From Deltaproteobacteria bacterium (GTDB lineage: Bacteria; SAR324; NAC60-12): a DNA stretch of 22,722 nt. Made by a program: the position numbers and the translations under genes. The number at the start of each line of letters is the position of its first letter. Positions within the stretch are counted from its first letter, which is position 1. This document shows positions 1 through 7,251 of the stretch, in pieces. The stretch is taken from contig JAYOTF010000044.1 of the NCBI GenBank assembly GCA_038150265.1, positions 1-22,722 on the forward strand. The letters are read 5' to 3'. The notes under the pieces were generated by a model, which had not been told where the DNA came from, searched no databases, and was given only the letters and a program-made list of their open reading frames with translations.

Positions 1-51
1 GCCACATGAAAACAAGATCCACTCATTCAACTCACAAGGAGATCGAATCTC

Positions 52-1518
52 ATGACCTCCTTATCCCTGAAGACCCTTCCTCACCTTCCGGAAGCCGTCC
101 AGCGCCCGCGCTACCAGCGGTCTCAGCTTTCGCCAGGAATTCTTCACATTGGCATCGGGAACTTTCACCGCGCCCATCAGGTCCGTTACCTGGAGGACCT
201 GTTCGAGCAGGGGAAAGCTCTGGATTGGGGCCTCATCGGAGCCGGCGTCCGGCCGGCCGATCAGCGCATGCGAGACGCTCTGGAGCCGCAGGACTGGCTG
301 AGCACGGTGGTGGAGTTGGAGCCGGGCGCCCATACCGCTCGTGTGAGTGGCGCGATGCTCGACTTCCTTCCAGTAACGAGCCACCACGAACCGCTGCTGC
401 AGGCGCTCACCCGTCCGGAGGTTCGGATTGTCTCCTTGACCATCACCGAAGGAGGCTACTGCATCAACCCGGCAACCGGTCAGTTTGATCCGGAGCATCC
501 GGAAATCCAGGCGGATGCGCAGCACCCAGACGCCCCGGTGAGCGTCTTTGGCATCCTCCTCCGCAGCCTCCGGATGCGACAGGAACAGGGGGTGCCACCG
601 TTTACGGTTCTGTCGTGCGACAACCTGCCCGGAAACGGTGGCGTTACCCGTAACGCAGTTGTTGGCCTTGCTCAACTGCAAAACCCAGCCTGGGCCCGCT
701 GGATCAGCGAGACCGTCGCTTTCCCCAACGGCATGGTCGATCGCATCACCCCCGTCACTGGTGACAAAGAACGGCGTTCCCTGGCCGAATCGTTTGGGGT
801 GGAAGACCGCTGGCCCGTCTTCTGTGAGCCCTTCCGGCAGTGGGTGCTGGAGGATCACTTCCCAGCCGGACGGCCACCGCTGGAAGAAGTCGGGGTCACC
901 TTCACCGACCAGGTCGCAGCCTTTGAGCACATGAAGATCCGGATCCTCAATGGCGGACATGCGGCGCTGGCGTATCCGGCGGCGCTGCTGGATCTCACCT
1001 ACGTTCATGACGCCATGGCGCACCCGCTCCTGCAGGCCTTCTTGAGGAAGCTGGAGCAGGAGGAGATCATCCCGATTGTGCCGCCGGTTCCGGACACCGA
1101 CCTCAAGGCCTACTACGAGTTGATTGAGCAGCGCTTCCTCAATCCGGAAATTGGCGACACCATTCCCCGGCTGTGTCAGGATGGCTCAAATCGGCAGCCC
1201 AAGTTCATCCTCCCGTCCACACGCGACCGGGTCCGTCAGGGGTTACCGGCTCCGGGGCTCGCTCTGGTGAGTGCCTTGTGGTGCCGCTACTGTGCGGGGT
1301 TCTCGGATTCCGGAACCTCCTACGAAGTGGATGACCCCCAGGCCCAACGCCTTCAGGTCGCCGCAGAAGCAGCCCGGGCGCAGCCACAGGCCTTTCTCGA
1401 GCTTCGGGACCTCTTCGGAGAATTAGCCGACGTGCCCTCGTTTCAGGCAGACTTTGCCAGGGCCCTCAACCACCTCTGGAGCTACGGGACGGCTTCTGCG
1501 CTGCAGGCCTACCTCTGA
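52..1518 (+). CDS. mtlK: Mannitol dehydrogenase family protein (mannitol 2-dehydrogenase-like)
   Basis: 488 aa with family motifs HIGIGNFHRAHQ, LTITEGGY, SCDN, FPNGMVDRITP, EPFRQWVLED, KIRILNGGH and DGSNRQPKFILP; SD AAGGAG at 36-41. Confidence 0.85.
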   Translation: MTSLSLKTLPHLPEAVQRPRYQRSQLSPGILHIGIGNFHRAHQVRYLEDLFEQGKALDWGLIGAGVRPADQRMRDALEPQDWLSTVVELEPGAHTARVSGAMLDFLPVTSHHEPLLQALTRPEVRIVSLTITEGGYCINPATGQFDPEHPEIQADAQHPDAPVSVFGILLRSLRMRQEQGVPPFTVLSCDNLPGNGGVTRNAVVGLAQLQNPAWARWISETVAFPNGMVDRITPVTGDKERRSLAESFGVEDRWPVFCEPFRQWVLEDHFPAGRPPLEEVGVTFTDQVAAFEHMKIRILNGGHAALAYPAALLDLTYVHDAMAHPLLQAFLRKLEQEEIIPIVPPVPDTDLKAYYELIEQRFLNPEIGDTIPRLCQDGSNRQPKFILPSTRDRVRQGLPAPGLALVSALWCRYCAGFSDSGTSYEVDDPQAQRLQVAAEAARAQPQAFLELRDLFGELADVPSFQADFARALNHLWSYGTASALQAYL

Positions 1519-2398
1519 CCAGCGAATGGCGGCGCAGCACCAGCACGCCGCTGGCCATGATGATCAATGAGCCCCACACGGTGTTGAGGGACGGGACCTC
1601 TCCGAGGATCAGGTAGCCATTGAAGGCGCCAAACACCACAATCGAGTACCGGACGGTGGAAGTCACGGAGAGCGGTGCCCACCGAACCGTCAGCACCGAC
1701 ATCAGGTACCCCACCGCCACCATGCCCGCCGACCCAAACAGAGGCCACAGCGGCCCCTGAAGGGTGGTCACGCCTGAAGCCAGAGCCATGGCTCCGGCCG
1801 CAGCGGTCACCAGCGCAGACGTCATCAGCACCACTTCCATTCCGGAATACCCACCTGGCATCTGCTTGGTCACCAACTCGCGGGTGACCAGCAGCATCGT
1901 GGCCACCAGCGGAAACCCATAGGTCAGCTGCAGGCCCAGTTCATCGGGCCAAATGACCAGCAGCACTCCAGCAAAACCGCACGTCACCGCTCCCCAGGTC
2001 CGGAGGTCCACGCGTTCCTTGAGAAAAAAGGCTCCGGCGGCCGTGATCATCAGAGGCGCCGAGAGCATGATCGTGTACACATCCGAAAGCGGCAGCAGCA
2101 GCACCGAGGCAAAGAAGAAGCTCGTCAGCGCCACCTCAATCAGTCCCCGGCCATGCAAGAGGTTCAGGGGCCAGAAGTGCTGGGGCCGTCCCTCCTTGCG
2201 GGCCAGCAGCCACCCCAACGCAAAGGCGCACACCATCAGCCCCCGTAAAAACAGCACCCAGAAGATGCTGTCGGCCTGCGGTTGCTGCGACACTAGCCAC
2301 TTGACCAGCGCATCATTGACCGAAAAGCAAAACTGCCCCAGCAGCATCGCCAGGATGCCAGGCAGGTACGAGGGAGGCGCTTCAGCAGCAGACGTCAT
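1466..2398 (-). CDS. DMT/EamA family drug/metabolite transporter
   Basis: About 310 aa, roughly 10 hydrophobic segments, EamA-type motifs 'APLMITAAGAFFLKERV', 'GFAGVLLVIWP' and 'GYLILGEVP'. Start taken at ATG 2398 (MTSAAE); an in-frame ATG at 2482 would add a basic extension that does not look like part of the family. Confidence 0.85.
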   Translation of the reverse strand: MTSAAEAPPSYLPGILAMLLGQFCFSVNDALVKWLVSQQPQADSIFWVLFLRGLMVCAFALGWLLARKEGRPQHFWPLNLLHGRGLIEVALTSFFFASVLLLPLSDVYTIMLSAPLMITAAGAFFLKERVDLRTWGAVTCGFAGVLLVIWPDELGLQLTYGFPLVATMLLVTRELVTKQMPGGYSGMEVVLMTSALVTAAAGAMALASGVTTLQGPLWPLFGSAGMVAVGYLMSVLTVRWAPLSVTSTVRYSIVVFGAFNGYLILGEVPSLNTVWGSLIIMASGVLVLRRHSLVRGRPAAQKPSRSSRGG

Positions 2399-2411
2399 GG
2401 GGTCGATCACA

Positions 2412-2460
2412 CGGAGAAAAAAGGAACACGCGGCTCCCGGACGCTTCCTTTTTTTCACCG
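2412..2460 (-). terminator. Terminator-like hairpin in the DMT 5' leader (A/T tracts on both sides)
   Basis: On the + strand AAAAAAGGAA (2417-2426) is complementary to TTCCTTTTTT (2445-2454), with inner GCG/CGC and outer CGG/CCG pairs. On the minus strand the hairpin ends in U6 about 18 nt before the DMT ATG. Confidence 0.45.
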
Positions 2461-2500
2461 AAACGGCTATCAAGGAACGCATGGAAATTGCGATTCCTCT

Positions 2501-2529
2501 GAAGTAGCGACTCCCCGGAAGAAGCGCAA
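2501..2529 (-). promoter_or_regulatory. Candidate sigma70-type promoter for the DMT gene
   Basis: Minus strand TTGCGC-N17-TACTTC; the -10 lacks the final T. Confidence 0.35.
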
Positions 2530-2603
2530 GTTGAACTCCCTCCGGCGCTCAGACCAGCGAGTTCCGGGTCGGGAGTCTCAATTTCCAGAACCTGGAACTC
2601 GCC

Positions 2604-2632
2604 TTGCAGAGTTCCGGGAAAGGCGATACAGT
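2604..2632 (+). promoter_or_regulatory. Candidate sigma70-type promoter for the aminotransferase-helicase pair
   Basis: TTGCAG (2604-2609)-N17-TACAGT (2627-2632), 44 nt upstream of ATG 2677. Confidence 0.5.
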
Positions 2633-2676
2633 TTCGAGCTTTCACCGCCCCCCCTTTTTGACAAACCGAGGCTTTC

Positions 2677-3978
2677 ATGGATCAGCAATTTACTCCGTCT
2701 TCCGAGGAAGAAGAATCGTCGTCTGTCGACACCCGCTCTTCTGTCACCCTTCCGGACTTCACTCAAGCGGCGCCGCTGGCGGCTCCGGAGGCGGTTCGGC
2801 TTGATGCGATTCTTCCGGCGGAACCTCTGTTGCTGATGGGCGCAGGCCCGGTCCCGATTTCGCAAGCGGTTGCCCGGGCCAACGGCGTGGTCATCAACCA
2901 CCTTGGCGAGACCATGGACACCGTCATCCGCAACCTCAAGCAGATGACGCGCTACGCCTTTCAGACCGCGTCTGACAAAATCTTCGGTGTCTCCGGACCC
3001 GCCTCCGCCGCCATGGAAATGGCCATCACGAACCTGCTCTGGCCAGGACGCCGGGCCCTGGTGCTGAAGGTCGGGACCTTCAGCGGGCGCCTGGGCGAGA
3101 TGGCCGCAGGTGTCGGGGCAGAGGTCGACGTTCTGGAGGCCGACTGCATCCGCCCGATCTGGGCCGAAGAGGTCGCCGAGGCCTTCCGGAAGCAGCACTA
3201 CGACGTGGTCACTGTGGCTCAGGGAGAGACGTCCTGTGGCGTCCACACTTCAGAACTGCAGGAGATTGCCCGCATTGCCAAGGCACACGGGGCGCTCGTG
3301 ATCACGGACGCGGTGGTGACGCTCACGACCATGCCGCTGCTGATGGACGAATGGGGCATCGACGCCGCCGTGGCCGGAGGACAGAAGGGCCTGGCGTCCA
3401 TCCCTGGGGTCTCGATGCTGGCCTTCTCGGCCCAGGCGTGGGAGGTGCTGGAGAAGCGGACCGCCCGGCAGCCTCACTGGTGCTTTGATGCCCAGCGGGC
3501 CCAGCAGTTCTGGGGGTACCAGCAGTACCACTACACCGCGCCGGTTCCCGGCATTCTGGCCATGCATGAGGCCATGCGGCAGATCTGTGAAGAAACCCTG
3601 CCCCAGCGCTTCCGGCGGCACCTGATCAGCTCTCGGGCGCTGCAGGCCGCCGTTCAGGCCATGGGGCTGGAGCTCTTTGTGCCCGAAGCCTACCGGCTCA
3701 ACTCCGTGGTGGCCATTCAGCTGCCGGAAGGAGTCGACAGCGCAGGCATCCGCAAGATCATGTCCTCACGCTTCAACGTGGAGATCTCCGGAGCCTTCGG
3801 GCTCGACATCGTCCGCATCGGACAGATGGGCGAGCAGTGCCGGTCTCACAACCTCTTCAAGGTGCTCTATGCGCTGGGCATGAGCTGCAAGATGCAGGGA
3901 ATTGCACTGGACGTGAGCTACGGCATGGCGGAGCTGGAGCGGCACCTCAGCTTTGACCCTGAAACCCAGATCCCCTGA
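2677..3978 (+). CDS. Class-V PLP aminotransferase, alanine/serine-glyoxylate (AGT/PucG-like) family
   Basis: LLMGAGP, GPASAAMEMAITNL, GETSCGV, 'ITDAV', PLP-lysine motif GGQKGLASIPG, YHYTAP and RIGQMG. Confidence 0.85.
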   Translation: MDQQFTPSSEEEESSSVDTRSSVTLPDFTQAAPLAAPEAVRLDAILPAEPLLLMGAGPVPISQAVARANGVVINHLGETMDTVIRNLKQMTRYAFQTASDKIFGVSGPASAAMEMAITNLLWPGRRALVLKVGTFSGRLGEMAAGVGAEVDVLEADCIRPIWAEEVAEAFRKQHYDVVTVAQGETSCGVHTSELQEIARIAKAHGALVITDAVVTLTTMPLLMDEWGIDAAVAGGQKGLASIPGVSMLAFSAQAWEVLEKRTARQPHWCFDAQRAQQFWGYQQYHYTAPVPGILAMHEAMRQICEETLPQRFRRHLISSRALQAAVQAMGLELFVPEAYRLNSVVAIQLPEGVDSAGIRKIMSSRFNVEISGAFGLDIVRIGQMGEQCRSHNLFKVLYALGMSCKMQGIALDVSYGMAELERHLSFDPETQIP

Positions 3979-3980
3979 GC

Positions 3981-5378
3981 ATGGACGCGCCCGGGCTGAC
4001 CTTCCGTTTTGACCGAGGAACCCTGCTGCTGGACTGGAACGGGACCCCGGACCTGCCTCCGGAAGTACGGGCGCTGCTTCCGCACATCAACTGGGATGAA
4101 CGGACCCATCAGTGGCGTGCTCCTGCGTGGCGGTACCGCGACCTGATCCTCTCGGTTCACCGCCGAGGCATTCCGTATCACGATGCGGCCCGGGCCTTTC
4201 AGCCCCTGGACCTCCCCCTGGCTCTGACGATCACGCCCCGTCCGTATCAGACGGAGGCGGTTGTGGCGTGGGAGCAGCAGCAGCGTGGGGTGGTGGCACT
4301 CCCAACCGGGGCCGGCAAGACGATCCTCGCCGTCCTTCTCATTGAACGCACCCAACGCCCCACGCTTGTGCAGGTGCCGACCATCGACCTGATGCGGCAG
4401 TGGCAGGAGATCCTCCAGCAGAGCTTTGCCCAGCCGGTGGGCATGCTCGGCGGCGGCGTCAACGACCTCCAGCCCCTCACCGTCGCCACTTACGATTCGG
4501 CCCTCATTCACCTCTCCCAGATTGGCAACCGCTTTGGCCTGGTGGTCTTTGACGAATGCCACCACCTTCCCGGCGAGCAGTACCAACTCACAGCCATCGG
4601 GTCCCTGGCCCCGTTTCGCCTGGGCCTGAGCGCGACTCCGGAACGCAGTGACGGACGAGAGGCACAGCTGTATGAGCTCTGTGGTCCACTTTGCTACGAA
4701 GCCCACATCGACGAGCTCCGGGGCCAGACGCTTGCGCCCTATGAGGTGGAGACCATTCAGGTGGAAATGCTTCCGGAGGAGGCTGAGGAATACGCCACCC
4801 AGCGGGCTCGGTACACGGCGTTTCTGCGACAGGAACGCATTGACATGAGCGGACCCGATGGCTGGAAGAACTTCCTCTGGAAGAGCAGCCGCTCCGCCGA
4901 GGGGCGGGAAGCCTTTCAGGCCTACCTGGCTCAGAAGCGCCTGAGCCTGGCCTCTGCCGCCAAGGAGAGCTGGGTCTGGACCCTGTTGCGACGGCATCAG
5001 GGTGAACGGATCCTCATCTTCACTCAAGACAACGACACCGCCTACCGGCTGGGCCGTCAGTTTTTGGTGCCGGTGCTGACGCATCACACCAAAGTGCAGG
5101 AGCGTCAGGCCTTCCTGGGAGGATTCCGGTCGGGCGACTACCCGGTGCTGGTCACCTCCAAGGTCCTCAATGAAGGGGTCGATGTTCCGGAAGCAAGCGT
5201 CGGGATTGTGGTCTCAGGCAGCGGCAGCATCCGGGAACACGTCCAGCGCCTGGGACGGATCCTCCGGGGCCGCCCGGGCAAGCAGGCCCGGCTGTACGAG
5301 CTGATTTCCCGCAACACCGGGGAGCAGTTCATCAACCAGCGTCGCCGGCAGCACCGGGCCTACCACCGCTCCCGCTGA
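3981..5378 (+). CDS. SF2 DExH-box helicase, XPB/Ssl2(Rad25)-like
   Basis: Q-motif PRPYQ, Walker A LPTGAGKT, VPTIDL, DECHH, GLSATP, EGVDVP and motif VI QRLGRILR; starts 2 bp after the upstream stop. Confidence 0.88.
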   Translation: MDAPGLTFRFDRGTLLLDWNGTPDLPPEVRALLPHINWDERTHQWRAPAWRYRDLILSVHRRGIPYHDAARAFQPLDLPLALTITPRPYQTEAVVAWEQQQRGVVALPTGAGKTILAVLLIERTQRPTLVQVPTIDLMRQWQEILQQSFAQPVGMLGGGVNDLQPLTVATYDSALIHLSQIGNRFGLVVFDECHHLPGEQYQLTAIGSLAPFRLGLSATPERSDGREAQLYELCGPLCYEAHIDELRGQTLAPYEVETIQVEMLPEEAEEYATQRARYTAFLRQERIDMSGPDGWKNFLWKSSRSAEGREAFQAYLAQKRLSLASAAKESWVWTLLRRHQGERILIFTQDNDTAYRLGRQFLVPVLTHHTKVQERQAFLGGFRSGDYPVLVTSKVLNEGVDVPEASVGIVVSGSGSIREHVQRLGRILRGRPGKQARLYELISRNTGEQFINQRRRQHRAYHRSR

Positions 5379-5417
5379 GCCCGCGTGTGGCCGGGTCCTG
5401 CGCCTCTGGCAAAGGCG

Positions 5418-5446
5418 TTGACTCCGTCCCCAGAGGTCGGTACCTT
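5418..5446 (+). promoter_or_regulatory. Sigma70-type promoter for the 5'-nucleotidase
   Basis: TTGACT (5418-5423)-N17-TACCTT (5441-5446). Confidence 0.6.
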
Positions 5447-5564
5447 AGAAGCGCCCTGGCACCTTCAGCAAAATCACGCGTTCCTCGGGGACTTCATCGA
5501 ATCTTAACACCGGGATGATGAGCTAGTGAGTGTCTGTCAACCTCCACTTTTCAAGGAAACTTCC

Positions 5565-7052
5565 ATGAATCTCTTCAAGAAAGCCTGTGTGGCCTCCCTG
5601 CTGGGTTGGGCGGCTCTGAGCACCCCGCTGCATGCGGAAAACCTGAAACTTGTCCTCACCGGAGACATCTACGAGCTCGACTCCTCGGCTGGTCGCGGGG
5701 GCATGGCCCGACTGGCCACGGTTGTGGAAGCCCAGCGAGCGGCGGCCGACAACGTCCTCTTTGTCCATGCCGGTGACACCTTCTCCCCGTCGCTGCTGTC
5801 CGGATTCGTCAAGGGCAAGCAGATGGTGGAGCTGTTCAATGCCATGCAGCTGGACCTGATGGTGCTGGGCAACCACGAGTGGGACTTTGGTCCCGAGGTG
5901 CTCCGGGAACGGGTCATGGAAGCCAACTTCCCCGTCCTGGCCAGCAACGTCCGGGAAGCCGACGGCCTCCCCATTGGCGGGACCATCCGGACGCACATGG
6001 TCAACGTGGGACCGTACCGCGTTGGCTTCATGGGCCTGGTGACCCCCATGACCAAGGAGCTTTCCACCGTTGGAGGAATGACCTTTGCCCCGAACCTCGA
6101 GTCGGCCCGGGAGCTCGCTGACGAGCTGCGGGGGCAAGGCGCAGACCTCGTGATTGCGCTGGCTCACCTTGACTACACGGAAGACCTGGAGATCGTCAAC
6201 AGCGGCATCGTTGACGCGGTCCTCTCCGGGCACGATCACTACAAGATCACCTGGGACAACGGCCGGAGCGTCTGGATGGAGTCTGGGGAAGATGCCGAAG
6301 CGGTGGCGGTCATGGACATCAGCATGGACCGCAACGAAAAGGGACGCTTCACCTGGGAAGCCAGCATGGAGATGATTGACACCCGGCACATTCACCCGGA
6401 CCGCTACATCACCGGCATGGTCAAGCAGTATGAGGAGTTCCTCAGCAAGGAGCTGGATGTGACCATCGGCAAGACCTCGGTCGAGATCGACAGCCGCAAG
6501 TCCTCGGTCCGTGGCAAGGAAACCGTCATCGGCAACGTGATCGCTGATGCAATGCGCAACGAGGTGCAGGCCGACATTGCCATTGCCAACGGTGGCGGCA
6601 TCCGTGGCAACAAGATCTACACGCCTGGAACCACCCTCACGCGGCGAGACATCCTGACGGAGCTGCCGTTTGGCAACAAGACCATCAAGCTCGTCCTCAC
6701 CGGAGCCCAGGTCCGCGAAGCTCTGGAAAATGGCGTCAGTCAGGCAGAAAAAGGCGCAGGACGCTTCCCGCAGGTTTCCGGACTCAGCTTCACCTGGTCT
6801 CCGAAAGCCGCCCCTGGGCAACGCATCCGGACCATTCAGGTCGGAGGCGCCCCCATTCAGGACGGCCAGACCTACACCGTGGCCACCAACGACTACATGG
6901 GCAGCGGCGGTGACGGCTACAGCGTCTTCAAGGGCGCTCAGCGGCTTGTCGACGAAAGCGGAGCGCGGCTGATGGCGAATGCCGTGGCTGACTACATCCA
7001 GCAAAACGGCGGCTTTGACGCCGAGCTGGAAGGACGCATTCGCGAGCAGTAA
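5565..7052 (+). CDS. Secreted bifunctional metallophosphatase/5'-nucleotidase (UshA-like)
   Basis: Sec signal peptide (MNLFKK...LHA/EN); calcineurin-like motifs GDIY, HAGD, GNHEWDFG and SGHDH; C-terminal domain motifs NGGGIRG, LPFGN, GRFPQVSGL and TNDYM..GGDGY. SD AAGGA precedes ATG 5565. Confidence 0.9.
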   Translation: MNLFKKACVASLLGWAALSTPLHAENLKLVLTGDIYELDSSAGRGGMARLATVVEAQRAAADNVLFVHAGDTFSPSLLSGFVKGKQMVELFNAMQLDLMVLGNHEWDFGPEVLRERVMEANFPVLASNVREADGLPIGGTIRTHMVNVGPYRVGFMGLVTPMTKELSTVGGMTFAPNLESARELADELRGQGADLVIALAHLDYTEDLEIVNSGIVDAVLSGHDHYKITWDNGRSVWMESGEDAEAVAVMDISMDRNEKGRFTWEASMEMIDTRHIHPDRYITGMVKQYEEFLSKELDVTIGKTSVEIDSRKSSVRGKETVIGNVIADAMRNEVQADIAIANGGGIRGNKIYTPGTTLTRRDILTELPFGNKTIKLVLTGAQVREALENGVSQAEKGAGRFPQVSGLSFTWSPKAAPGQRIRTIQVGGAPIQDGQTYTVATNDYMGSGGDGYSVFKGAQRLVDESGARLMANAVADYIQQNGGFDAELEGRIREQ

Positions 7053-7070
7053 GCCAACCCTTCAGGCTTT

Positions 7071-7106
7071 CCCACGGGTTTCCCCGGCCCGTGGGCTTCT
7101 TCTTTT
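7071..7106 (+). terminator. Rho-independent terminator
   Basis: CCCACGGG (7071-7078)/CCCGTGGG (7088-7095) perfect stem followed by CTTCTTCTTTT, 18 nt after the stop. Confidence 0.75.
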
Positions 7107-7251
7107 CCCCTCCTCCCCTCCGGAAGCCTGGGGGTTCCTCAGGTGCTTCCTCCTGTGCTGAGAAAAGTTTTCGGGAAAACGGTTCCTTTTCAAAAGCACT
7201 TTTTGAGCAGCCTCCGTTAGGATTCCAGCAGATTATGCCTCAGGAGGTCGC

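Noticed and set aside
3981..7052. Helicase plus metallophosphoesterase as an anti-phage defence pair
   Set aside because: The phosphoesterase is a secreted UshA-like nucleotidase with its own promoter and terminator, and there is no sign of an island, mobile element or compositional shift.
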